64,000 bases of DNA from Sminthopsis crassicaudata. Taxonomy: Eukaryota. Where the stretch lies: contig NC_133618.1 in NCBI RefSeq assembly GCF_048593235.1, positions 10,465,558 through 10,529,557 on the forward strand, read 5' to 3'. A program made the translations under genes and the position numbers. Shown here piece after piece: positions 37,600-51,000 of the stretch. Positions within the stretch are counted from its first letter, which is position 1. Each line of letters opens with the position of its first letter. The notes under the pieces are model-generated. The model was not told the DNA's origin. It did not search any database and saw only the letters and a list, made by a program, of their open reading frames with translations.

Positions 37600-38841
37600 A
37601 AGCTTCCTGGTGCCTGACGGACCAAGAGTCCCTCAGCTTACTCCTAGCTCTTAAGAAACCCAAGAGCAGTTGTCTACTGAAGAAATGGAAGCTGTCACTG
37701 TCAAGATATAAGTAACAACTCTACTCGGGAAAATGGTCTAAATGACAGGGACTGTAATGGATATTGATTGATATAAAAGAGGGCGGGAGGTGAGATGTGG
37801 ACTTCATGCTCTCAGAAGTCTGAGGTGAGGGAGCAGTAATAAAAGCCTGAATAGGAAAGGGTTACCTCCAACTGAACAGGAACAAAACAAGCCTTCAGAA
37901 GTGAATCCAAATCTCTTAATTTCTCTCTCTAGCATCTCTAAGGGTTTTCTTGTAAAAATATCACTTCTGCAGATGGGAAATGCCACATAAATGGGATCCC
38001 CAAAGATGAGGAATGTACACTGAGACAGTCTGCATCTCACTTCCCCCTACTAAGTGACATGGGATCATAAAGCTTAGATGNNNNNNNNNNNNNNNNNNNN
38101 NNNNNNNNNNNNNNNNNNNNNNNNNNNNNNNNNNNNNNNNNNNNNNNNNNNNNNNNNNNNNNNNNNNNNNNNNNNNNNNNNNNNNNNNNNNNNNNNNNNN
38201 NNNNNNNNNNNNNNNNNNNNNNNNNNNNNNNNNNNNNNNNNNNNNNNNNNNNNNNNNNNNNNNNNNNNNNNNNNNNNNNNNNNNNNNNNNNNNNNNNNNN
38301 NNNNNNNNNNNNNNNNNNNNNNNNNNNNNNNNNNNNNNNNNNNNNNNNNNNNNNNNNNNNNNNNNNNNNNNNNNNNNNNNNNNNNNNNNNNNNNNNNNNN
38401 NNNNNNNNNNNNNNNNNNNNNNNNNNNNNNNNNNNNNNNNNNNNNNNNNNNNNNNNNNNNNNNNNNNNNNNNNNNNNNNNNNNNNNNNNNNNNNNNNNNN
38501 NNNNNNNNNNNNNNNNNNNNNNNNNNNNNNNNNNNNNNNNNNNNNNNNNNNNNNNATAGGCAAGGATCTAGCCAAAGACACAAAACTAGGAAGGATCAGA
38601 GCCATATCCAAACTCAGATCCTCACCTTCCTTGGCCAGGGCACTAAGATGATAGCCAGATAAAGAGCTAGCTCTCCAGAAATGACTTCAACCCCTAGACT
38701 CATGGAAGATGTTTAGAGGAGCTACAGTAACATCTGTTGCTTATCACCTGGGTGACCTTAAGAAAGTCACTTGACCTTCATGGGTTTCAATTGTTCCTTC
38801 TGTAAAATGAGAAGGGGTTGTATGACAGCTAAGATTTCTTC

Positions 38842-39033
38842 CATCTTTCAATTTATGACATAATAATACCATAGAAATATAAGTCATACTGTACAGAGAC
38901 CAATTTATTGAAAGGATCTAGATCATGATGTGGTACCTCCACTGCCTCCTGCATCAATGGAATCTTAAATTTGGAAGAGATTTGAGCAGCTTCCTAGTCT
39001 AAACCTCCCATTTTACAGATGAGACAAATAAAG
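38842..39033. repeat. Right arm of the inverted repeat pair (probable donor copy)
   Basis: Same alignment; continuous with MIR sequence on both sides. Confidence 0.92.
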
Positions 39034-39779
39034 TCAGTTTGTCAACTGAATTACCCAATGTAAACATCAGCAAGTGGATTTGAATCCAGATGATCTGAAT
39101 AGAGCATTTTTCTTCTTCCCACTGTGGCACACTGCTTCTCTTTAGGGACAAATGAATCCATTAGAATCACATAGCTTTCAGTTTGGAGCTTTCGAGATCT
39201 CCAAGACTTGCTATAGTCAAAGTTTAGCTTGTCTCTCCACGGTTGAACGCCTCACTCTGTCAGTTTAGACAATTCTTTCCCACGTCTCTCTGAATTCTTC
39301 AGAGCCACCATTTCTTTTCTCCCAGTAATAGTCCAGTAATTTACAAGCTGCATATTTTTAACTATTTTATTTTAACTATCTCTTAATAATTGGCCATTTA
39401 ATTTCCATTCTTTACTACTCTGTATATTACTTTACTACACTGTATCTTTTGCTCTCTATGGGGCTTTGCTCTCTATCTTTAACCCCCTTGGAATAATGTG
39501 CCTAATAATTTCCCCCACTTTTTGGAACTGAGATGATGAGAGCAAAAGTGAGGAAGAAATTGAAAAATCTAAAACACGATGTTATACTCAGTAGACCAGA
39601 GAGAGAAATCTTATGACTACCTGGCAGAAAGCAAGATTTTGTGACAGTTTTAGTGTTTAAAACCCTTCACAGCCTATACCTAAAGGACTCCTTAGCTTCT
39701 CATTACTAACATCAGCTCCCTGATATAAAAGTTCCAATTAAGGAGAGAGGCAGCCTCAGTTACTTACTAGAGTGGCAGG

Positions 39780-40330
39780 CTGGGATACGGCAAACGTGGG
39801 TTTTTGTCTCAATTACAAAACATTAAATGACATTGGGGAAGGCCATTTCCTTCTGCTGGCCTTCAGCTTGCAAGGTGCCAAAGATTAATCTGATCAAATT
39901 TGCTGAAATCCTACAGTCGCCTAGGAGAATGGCATTTTAAAAGTACATGATATTATGGCTGGCAATGGGATTGCGAGAGCTGAGGAGCAAAGAGGAGAGA
40001 GGGAGATAAATAATCTTCTAAGTACCGCAGTGAGCAAATTGGCTGACTGGAGCAAGACCACACCAACGCCATTTAGATGAAGAATAAATCAATCCCAGGA
40101 GCTTTGGTTAATGCCGGCTGGTGATTTAGCACCCGCCTGAGCTAAAAGCATCAAGGGCCGGACATTTCGTGATTCAACAATCCGCCTGTGGGAATGAATT
40201 ATGGGCTGGCTGCATAAGTTAGTGTGGGCATAGCGTGTGCTTCTCTTGGCCCCGTCGGCTGAGAAAGAAACAAGAGATTGGGAAAATATAGGGAGAGGAC
40301 GAGTCAAAAGGGGTCCAAATCTTCGTTACC
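39780..40330. promoter_or_regulatory. CpG-retaining non-repeat island, candidate conserved enhancer
   Basis: 16 CpG counted in 550 bp in an otherwise CpG-depleted window; homeodomain-type motifs. Confidence 0.35.
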
Positions 40331-42479
40331 CACAACTGAAAACTGCAGACAGCTACATTGGTTCTTGAAAAACTGGCAGTTCCTTCAAGATAGGCAACAT
40401 GGAGGCCATGCAGTCTAGCAGTTAGAGCCATGCACTTGGAAAAAGGGTTTGAATCTCATCTCAGACATTAATTAGATTGTGACTTTGAGTAAATTATTTA
40501 ACCTTATTAGATTAGTCTCCTATTCAGTAAATAAGTAGAGTGGACTAACGAACCTTATAATCGTCCAACTTTATGACTGTGAGAAAGCTGGAGTTCTTTG
40601 GGATTTTGTCAAATCACATGAGACCAGGGAAAAAGAAGATCAGTGAGTTCTTTTTATCATGGACCCCTTGATAGTCTGGTGAAATCTATGACTCTCTTCT
40701 TGGAATAATGTTTTTAATACATAAAAAAAAAAATTTTGGATTATAAAAATAATTATGTGTAACTTTCCATATAATTAACAAATATATGTTTATATATAAA
40801 TATATTAAATCATAAAGTAAATTATATGTTGTTATATGAAATTGTGAAATAATTTAATTAATAAATCATTAATTATCTATATAATATAATCTATGATATA
40901 ATAATAATTAATAAAATAATATATGATTTATTCTAATTATATCACAATTACATATAATAATATATAATTTATTTTACATACTATATATGCTATATACATA
41001 TATATTAATTAATTAATATAATAAATATTGAGTTATACATATACATATATGTATGTTTNNNNNNNNNNNNNNNNNNNNNNNNNNNNNNNNNNNNNNNNNN
41101 NNNNNNNNNNNNNNNNNNNNNNNNNNNNNNNNNNNNNNNNNNNNNNNNNNNNNNNNNNNNNNNNNNNNNNNNNNNNNNNNNNNNNNNNNNNNNNNNNNNN
41201 NNNNNNNNNNNNNNNNNNNTTTCACCTTTTGATTTGTAGTCCCCGTACTTAATATGGCACAGAACATATCTGTAAAAATTGTTGTTGAATTGGAAACCTG
41301 CTAGGTGATACCCATGTGGTCTAGCATCTGTCCTGATCTGGACACTTGATCATCATGGCTGGGAACAGGGACACCTGGGTTCCAACCCTGGCTCTGCCAG
41401 TACCCAAACTCTGCTATCTGAGAAGTCATTCTCTGAGGACCATGTTGTTTCCTGTTTTTTTTTGCAAAATGTTCTCTCCACAGCTAATATTCTATGGAGC
41501 TAATTATAGAGCTCCCTTAACTCTCTCAGAAGGTAATTGTTAACCTAAATGAATCTCTAATTGGTAAATTTCTAGCACCATAGTAAATTAAGGGGAAGAA
41601 AGCAAGATCTAGGCAGCGAGATGGGAATGGGTAATTTTAGGTTGACGGGGAGAAAATTCTCACTTCAAGACCAATCTGGGACTCTCTTCCACGCTCTTCC
41701 TATTACTACTTTTCTTCCTTTCTTTTTCTTTGGAAGCCTCAGATTCTGTACAAATCTTAAGATCTTCAGAAAGGGAACTCTAATGGCTGATCAAGCAGAG
41801 GGAATGAAACAGGGACAGAGTATCATCCTCCTCAAAGTTCTCTCTGTTTGAAAACAGGGGAGCCAGTTCAATGATCCTCCACTGGAAAAAAGAGTATCTG
41901 TGTTGGCTTTACAGTGCCTATCTTGGACAAGTGGCTCAATATAGTGAAATAAATTTGGAATTAGGAAGATCTCAAGTTCTAATTCTGCCTCACACTTACC
42001 GGCAGTATGACCCAGAACAAGTTTTGTAAATTTTCTGTACCTCAGTTTCTTTATTTATAAAATGGATCACAATAGCACATACCTTCTGGGATTATTATGA
42101 ATATAAAATTAGGAGATATGTTTAATGGTATATGAGAAACTTAAAGCAATATGAAATTCTCCTTCCTCCTCCTCTTTTCCCTTCTTCCTCCTCCTCCTCC
42201 TACTTTCCTTTTCTTCTTCCTTTACCTTCTCTTTTTCTTCCTTTTCTTCTTTCTTCTCTTCCTCCTCCTCCTCCTCCTCATCGTCATGTGTTCCTCCTTT
42301 TTTTCTTCATTATTATTATCCTAGCTCTGTCACTCATTTTCTGTGTGACTTTGAGCAAATCACTTTATTTCTGCATTGCCCCTTTTTCCGTCTGTCAAAT
42401 GAAAGAGGCAAAGAAAAGTTTTAGAAGAGCTGACCTCCAATAGTCTTTCTAGCTCTAAAATAATCATACTTTCATACAA

Positions 42480-42750
42480 TTTATTGTTTTCATCCTTTAC
42501 TTTCAGACCACCACTCTCACTGACCTTTGCAGACTATGACAATGGCCTTAACCTCATTTCTCTTCCTGCTCCTATCCACTCTCTCATCGATGCCAAAGTG
42601 ATTTCCCTAAAACATAGGTCAATCTATGTCACTCCCTTGCTCAATAAAATACAATGGCTCTCTAGTACCTGCAATTATAAGTTCCCTATTTGGATCTTAA
42701 AGCTTTTTACAATATGGCTCCAACATATGATACTTACAGTACCATCAAGT
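42480..42750 (+). mobile_element. L2 LINE relic (ORF2 C-terminus)
   Basis: ORF 42484..42753 AKVISLKHRSIYVTPLLNKIQWL resembles L2 ARLIFLKHRSDHVTPLLKxLQWL. Confidence 0.7.
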
Positions 42751-43929
42751 TAAAGCAAGAAAACCAGCATCAACTCTAACCTTTATTATATACTAGCTGT
42801 ATGTCTGGACACATCCCTTAAAATAACTGAACCTCAATTTTCTCACTTATATAATGGATTAGAGGATCACTAATAAATAACTAAACTAATGATCATGTAT
42901 TCCCAGACATTAAATATTACTTCTCCAGGTTTCCTATGACCCAGTTGTCTGACTTTTCTTCTTATAGGGAACTCCTTTTGCTTTTTTGGACTCTTTTATT
43001 GTCTGATCCCCATATCTGACATGTACTCCATCTTTGACTTCATTTCTCAGAATTTTTAGGATCCTTAAAGACTTAATTCATTTATTATCTTTTCAAGAAA
43101 CCTTTTCTAATCTCTCTACATTGCTAGTAACTTCCACCCAGAAAATTGCTGGGAAATATTTAACAGCTGACTCTCTAAAAAAATATATATATATATATTC
43201 ATGACACATGTTTAAGTTGGATTTTCCTTATTAACATTTGCCATTACTTTTTGAAAGTCTAGACAATCAATAAAACAATCTATCAGCTTCAGATTTCAAG
43301 CATCAATTTTTGAGTGTAAATCTTCAAGTTGAAAATTTATCAATCAGATTGTATGGGCTCATTCAAGCTATCTATAGCATATTTTTATTTTCACTTTGCA
43401 TTTGCTTTGCATATACCCTCATGTATATATTAGATCCTATGATAGGCAGGAAACTTGAAGAGATCAAAGACGCTTTTAATCTGATCTTTGTATCTCCACT
43501 ATCTAGAACAATGCTTGACCCACAATAGCTACTTAATAAACACTGACCAATTGACTTTTCATGAGTTAGAAGTTGTTTGCATATGGATCGAGCATTGAGT
43601 TCTCATTGAGGAAATGCCAATTTGAAGAACATTTTGCCTTAGTTTCCTTTATGTGTACAATAATCTAATCCTTCCTGGCTTTATGATTGTTGTTCATTTA
43701 CAATGCTTTTTCATCTCCAAGCCTTTGTAACAGCTGCCTTTACTCTCAGATTACCTCTCGGAATCCCTAGTTTCCTTCAAAGTTGAGCTCAATCAGTACC
43801 ATCCACATGTGCCTTTTCTGACCTTTCCTCACTTCAGCTATTCAAACCTACACTGCTTTTAAATTAAATTGTTGTATATTTTGTTGTACCCCCTGACTAA
43901 AATGTAAATTTCTTGAGGGTCAAAATGGT

Positions 43930-44340
43930 TTTCTTATATTGTCCGTTCTGTACTTTTCTCTCTTTACTTCTTTTCTTTTCTTTTTCCTTATCTTCCATTT
44001 TTGGCCTTTTTAAACTTCTTTCTTTCTGCTCTCTTACCCTTCCATTCTTCCTTTCTTCCTCTCATATTTCCTCCTTTCCTTCATTCCTTTCTTACTCTCT
44101 TCTTCCCTTCTCTCTTCCTTCTACCTGCTTTTCTTACTTCCTTTTTCCTTCTTCCCTTCCTTCCTCCCTCCCTCTCCCTTCCTCTCTTCCCTCCCTCCCT
44201 TCCATTTTTCTTTCCTTCCTTCCTTTTCCCTTCCTTCCTTTGTTCTTCTCTCCTTCCTCTCTTTGTCCCCTTCTTTCTTCCTTCCTCCTTCCCTCCCTCT
44301 TTCTTTGCATGATTTCTCTTTCCCCTTCTTTTCTTTTTTG
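43930..44340. repeat. Polypyrimidine (CT/CTTC/CCTT) low-complexity tract
   Basis: Read directly; source of the F/L/S/P-rich and R/E/G/K-rich spurious ORFs. Confidence 0.9.
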
Positions 44341-46369
44341 CTTCCTGAGTGCCTGGCCCATAGTAAGCAACTTAATAAATGTCTATTGGTTGGACAATTG
44401 ATTGAACAGTAAAACTCAAAAAGACAAAGAGTTTCCTATAACTTTTGGTAGTGCTCACCATTTTTTCCTTACTGCCCTGTAGAACTTTGAATTTTGCAGT
44501 TTTTTGCATACAATATCATGCTGCATTTCTTGTCTTCCTCATCAAAATGTGAGCTGCTCAATCATGGTGATCATGCCCTTTACCTAACCAATGCCATGAT
44601 TGAGAACTTGAAAAACTCATCTAAATCACTTCCTTTCTTAGACTTTCAAGTTCTTCATCAGTGAATTAGAGCTCAATATATGGTGATAAGGTTATGTCAA
44701 GAAAAATGTTTTTTTTGAAACAACATATTATAGAAATATGAATTATGGTGATTATCCCTCAACATCAACCTGAGTACACACTTGCTTTGACAGTTAACTA
44801 ATAATGAACTACAAAAACTATAATAAAGGAGCACATCAAAATACCTATAATTTTTGAAGGAGAGATTAAAATGGCCTAGTCAGCTTACATGGAAAAGGAA
44901 TTACCAGAGATTGGCCTTTGTGGTAAGCAGGAATCTTCTCAATACTGGGAGAATGTTGATTAGAACTTTTGTAATGAAACTTGGAAGGACATTGATAAGA
45001 ATTTCACAGAATGGGAAAGAACACGTTGCAATCTGGATCTTTGGAATAAATACCTCTACTGATTGGATATTGGAATATTTCCAAATTACTGAGCAAAACA
45101 CAGCACATAAAGGGCATCCAAGAAATACTTGTTAAATGAAAGACTGATTGGTAAGGCTCTTGGAAACTAGCCTGGAATATTGATCAATTTTGAAATCCAA
45201 AGTTGGAGGGGGAAGTTCAAATCCCATCAATGGTATTAATTAATGCAATGTCAGACTTCAGCATTAGTGAAATGCTTTAACCACTCTGCCTGTGTCAATC
45301 AATTCCACTTTGAACTATTATCTTGCATATGTATGTAAGGTTATTAAATTCGAGGGAGTTAGGGTTGTGAAACTCAACCCTGAAATTCAAAAAGAATTCC
45401 CATCTCTCTTCTGTCAGTTTCATTTCCATTTTCAAAGGTTGGATTATTCAAGGATCAAGAATCATCATGAATATAATCATTATGACAGAAAGAGATAAAA
45501 CTAGATGATCTCTAAGGCCTTTCTACCTCTGGTAGTCTATTTTCTAAGTTTCTCCATAACTCTGACATGAATTAGAAAGTCCCTCTCACCTGGGACACTT
45601 CATATTTTATTCTAATACTCTATGTTCCAATATCCCTTCCAACTCTGATATTTTATTTTCCAAGGTCTAAGACCTTTTGCTGCTGTGCATTATATATTCT
45701 AAGATCTCTTCTAGTTTTAATATTCTCTTCTATTCTGCCATTCTACTTTCTAAGGTTTTCTGCTGTGCCATTCAATTCATGTTTGACCTGGGAATTATCA
45801 CTTCAAGAGAAGTCATTGCCTTTGAGCTCTATATCTATATGTCAGCTTACTGATGATACACTGATCATTGTCAAGGTATGAACACTATAAAGAATTCACC
45901 TAATTCCACATGCCCACAGAAAAAGTCAAATTGCTTAATTTCAAGTGTTAAATAATTCACACACCCATAGAACTCAAGGAGACCCTAGAGACTATTTCAC
46001 CCAATCTCATTTTATTGTTTAATTATTTCAGTTGTATCTGACTTTTTGTGGCTCTATTTGGGATTTTCTTCACAAGGTTATCACAGTTATTTGCCATTTC
46101 TAAAAACTGTTTTATATAGAAGGAAACTAAGACAAACAGGGTTAAGTGACTTGATCAGGGTCACACAGTTATAAGCATCTAAGGCTAGATTTGAATTCAG
46201 GTCTCCTTGATTCCAGACACAGCACTCTATCCATTGTGCCATCTAGATGTCCAATCTTATTTACAGTTGATGAAATCAAGAGAACTGTGAACATAAAATG
46301 TATTTTCATAGTAAAGAGAGTGATCTGGTTTGCCTGGAAGTATATGAATAGGAGGGATATGTGTTTGAT

Positions 46370-46371
46370 TG

Positions 46372-46433
<62 letters not shown>

Positions 46434-46434
46434 T
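46370..46434. repeat. (TG)n microsatellite, interrupted
   Basis: Read directly from the sequence. Confidence 0.95.
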
Positions 46435-47991
46435 ATTGGAGATGGAGATTGAAGAGAAGGGTGCTACTCCATTATGGAGGGACTTTGATGCTGTACTTTG
46501 TTCAGGAGGCAATGGGAAGCAATTTTGATCCAAACAGTGGCTGGGTCAAATCTATGTTTCTGGTAACCAATGAATGAGATCATTCTTAAGATCCTTTTCC
46601 TTTCTCAGAAGCCAGGATTGATTGACAATTTTCTAACAGCTGAGGATACAACAAAAAGTTACAAATATATTTAAATGGAACCCAGAGAGCCAGTTGGTAA
46701 GCCTTATAAAAACAATCAATTGAACTATAGTTGACCAACAACCTACATAATGCTTGGGTTCCCTTCCAAAACTTAGAATCCACTGTCTATGAAGTCAACA
46801 GAGACCTGAAAAGAACTAAGTTCTCCTCCCATGTTCTCCCAGGCCCATGTTCTGCCCTCTATGTCATACTAACTCCCCCAAAGAGATTTCCAAGTTTTCA
46901 ATTCTATTGGGAAAAAAGACATGAGAATTATAAGAAAAAAAGTATACTTGTATCACAAAGCAAAGATATTAATGAATTCAGGCTGATTTCCAAGCTGTAG
47001 CTGCCAAAAGTCCAATTACTTCTAACTGGAAAAATCAATCGTCATTCTCCATGTCAAATCATAGATTCAGACTCCACCTCCTCCCACTTCTTTTTCCTGC
47101 CCCATATTTTTATTATTTTCCTCCATATCCTCAGTATCCCAGATAAAGTGATTTAGTAGTGGTTTCCCTGGACTCAGTACTGAATGTCCTAACTCTGTCC
47201 CTCTGCAGAGTCCCTCACCCCCCACCCTATTCTCACCATTTCTTCACAGTGATTACCCTCACCTTCTTTTGTTGTAATCCACTTATCCCTTAAGGATCAT
47301 GGATTCCCTGATTCCATTAAAAGTTACTTCTCTCTCCTTCCTCTGGCTATCTTGATTTCTATAAATCTATACCCCTTTTGTGGATCCAGTTGATTGTTAG
47401 CTCTCTAAAGACAGGGACTGAGTTTTTTTTATTCATTTGTTACTTACTTTTATGTTTAATAATCAGACAAGGAATGGGAATTTGTCATGTGTTTATTATG
47501 TGTCAGACACCGAGCTATGTATTGGGGAAATGACAAAAATGGAAGTCTTTGCCTTCAAATGATTTCCCTTCCATATCTCTGTGTTCACTCTGCATCATGT
47601 CTAGGATTCTCTTTTTTTTTTTTTCCTTCTTATGACCAACTCTTAAAACTCCTGATTTATTAAAGACTAAGTTCAAATGCTACCCACTAATAAAGGCTTT
47701 TATTTGTGTCCTCCATCCCATGCCAGCTGCTAGAGTCTGCCTTCTATGGCTACCTCTACATTCCTCTCCACATATCTTCCATGCAACTATCTAGACTGTT
47801 CCTCTCATTAGAATGGAAGCTCAGTTAAGACCAGTTTTATGTTTTTATTTCTCTTTGTATTTCCAGAGTTTACCATAATGTCTGATTCTTAGTTGGCAGC
47901 TGAAAAATGTTTATTGATTAAATAATTGATTGGTCCTAATAAGGAGGACATATACATCCATAGAAATACAAATACATAGAAATATATATAC

Positions 47992-47994
<3 letters not shown>

Positions 47995-48049
<55 letters not shown>
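47995..48049. repeat. (AC)n microsatellite
   Basis: Read directly from the sequence. Confidence 0.95.
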
Positions 48050-48051
<2 letters not shown>

Positions 48052-51000
48052 GTTAGTGGGGAGGCAGGACACCAGCAACTGGGAGAATGAGGAAGGGCTT
48101 CATGTAGAAAGTAGAGATTGAATCCAGTGAATGGTATACAGTAAGCATTAAATAAATACCCATTTTATTAAATTGAAAGAATCACGAAAATATTTGAAAA
48201 AGAACAAACGTCTTTTAGGATTTTTCACAATGTTCCATTCCTTTTGAAATTACTTAAAAGAAAATTACTAAAAAGAAAAAAAAAATTCTGTCTTTGTTCT
48301 AATCCCAATGGATTATTCTCATCCATTCTTCTGAACACCACTGACTCTACTCTGAATAGGAGAAGCTCCCTAAGGAAACAAGGCTGATGAAGAGAAATAC
48401 AATTTTCCACCAAAAGATTCTTAAAGCTAAAAGTAGTTTTAAACTCCCGCCACTGACTGTGTCCACAGGGATTATCATGGTCCAGAAAAAACTACCCTGA
48501 GATTGACAGTTAACTTATCCTCCATCCCTGAACTTAAAAGATCTTTTCATGATCCATGCTAAAGCTAAAAGAAATAAATCCCAGAAGTACTCAATCAGCC
48601 TATAAGTATTCTCCTGGCCCCACTATTCCAACCTCATTGTTATAGTTACATGCTCCCATTTAATTCCTTTCCCGTTCTGGGTTTCTCTTGATATCATTTT
48701 CATATGATTTCATCTGGGTGAAAATATTCAGAAAAATACTATATATTCCTGAAAGTCTCTTGGTACTCACCATGGACTATTAAATTTCTTTCTATATGTA
48801 ATATTTTAAAAAGCATATAGACACTAAGAGGTTACGTGGAAAAAGAACTGATCTCAGACTCCAAATCTTGAGTTCAAATCTTGCCTTTGACATGTACTGA
48901 TTATGTGACCATGGACAAGTATTTTAACCTCTCATTGCTCCCTAGGCAACTTTCTATGACTAAAAACCGAAAGTGATAACCTGCATTGAAGGAAAGAGTT
49001 TCCCCCTCTGGGCTTTCCTTCCACCATTTGAATCATAATGCAGTCTCTATCCCTATCCATGTTGACAAGTTGAGCCTTAGAATGAGGCAAAGGATACAGC
49101 GTAAATCTCCAAATAAATCTCCAACAGCCTCTAACACTTGATTGAAACATCATCACCATCATCACCATCAACCTTGCCACAACCACCACCAACAACATGA
49201 TTAGCATTTCTGGTACTTTAAGTTTCCTAAAGCATTCATTTGATCACCCTCCTGACACTTCCCATCTTGCTATCCTATCTCCTAGTTTTATCCTGATATT
49301 CCAGGAACAAGAGCTGACCCTTGACACTAGCATAGGTCCCTTTATCTCCCATTTCCATAACCCATGGGTGAGGAAGGAGTTATGATGGGGTAGAATCTTC
49401 ATATAGAAGTGCTAAATCATTTTTTCTTGTGTCTCTATTAAATAAATTAAGTAGTCACAGAAATATAATTTTCTATATTGTATAGACATAAAGGATCAAG
49501 ACTAATTTAGATAAATTCCCAAATAGGATATCATTCTCCAGAACTAATTTGTGATTTTAAGAATCTAGAGCAATATTTTTATAGCATTACTAGGCTATTA
49601 TTGAGAATTCAGGAACTAAGGGTTTTCTTCTTGCCTAGACTTTTGAAACCACAAAATTTATTGGGGTGGGAAGATCAATCATGAGTACAAGAGAGGTCCT
49701 TCTGTGAAAGTGGGTGAAGAGATACATAATCTCTTATTCTCAGAAAGCTCATGAACCTAAAAGGTTAAAAATAAGATGAAGAAAAATTATAGTTAGGCAT
49801 CTATATAGTACAGAGGTTAGAGCACTGGGTCCAGAGATAAGAAGATATGAATTTAAATCTGGCCTTAGAAACTTATTGTGTGATCCTAGATAAGCCTATC
49901 TATCTAAATTTCCACCTCTACAAAATGAGTTGGAGAAGGGAATGTTAACCCACTCCAGCTTCTTTGCCAAGAAAATTCCAAATGGGGACACAAATAATTG
50001 AATTCTACTAAAGAACAACCAAAAATTAAATTACATTATGATTGATTTTGGGAAGCAAACATTTTTAGACTGGAGTACGGAAGAGATTCCAGGTAAAGGG
50101 TAAAGAGAGACAGGGCTGGAAAAGTTGATATGGAGAACTTATTTTGATAAAGGCATACTGAGAAAGAAGACACATTTTGGTTTAACATATGAAAAAGTAT
50201 TCTGAGACATACAAACATTTTCTGCTGCCTTGAGAAATATCAAATCAACATTTCAATATGATGGGAAAGCCACTTGTTGGGGATGCTTTGAGTAGGATCA
50301 GTGTTTTTAGATAGGAGAATAAATCTGGAGGCAAAAGGACCCTCAGAAGTCATTCTGTCCAATCTCCTCTCATTAGAAAAGAGGCAGCCATAACTCAGAG
50401 GTTATGCGATGTGCTCAACCTCTTATAGGGATTAACACCAGATGTGGGATTTGAACCTGATTTTTCTGATTGTAGAGTCATAGCTCTTTCTCCTCCACTA
50501 AGGCAGATGACCTATATTGTCCCTTCTATATCATAGATATGGTGAGTTTATGATCTTCTGGCTCATTAAAATGAAAGGCAAACATATATACATATGTCTA
50601 TATATTTATATGTATGATCATGTATACATATTCTGCAGAGGAAATTTAAAGGGAAAATCCTTTAAATTATCATCTGCTTAAAAAAACCCCAAAAACTTCT
50701 AAAAGACTGGAAAGACAGCCCATGTCACAAATATCTGACCTTGGTTTTGCTTAACACATGAAAATCACTGCAGTGTTTATTAAATGGATGAGATTTATGG
50801 ACTGTTTCTGCCTTTGAGCACAATTCAACACCTCATTTCATTTAGCTGTTTTGTATTTTTTAACTACATGCTGTATGTTTTTTTCTAGCTCCCTTATCAT
50901 TCCTTTTTTTTTTCTCTGACAATTGAATCAATCTTTAATTGAACATTATTAACACACGCATAAAGAAGTATCATGAGGAAATCCTTAATGGATTAATATA

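Noticed and set aside
36038-39033. Inverted arms interpreted as TIRs of a 3-kb DNA transposon
   Set aside because: The arms are made of MIR pieces plus unique DNA, there is no outer TSD or transposase, and the right arm is continuous with its flanks.
40760-41058. Extremely AT-rich tract
   Set aside because: It is low-complexity TA-rich sequence leading into an assembly gap, with no structure beyond that.
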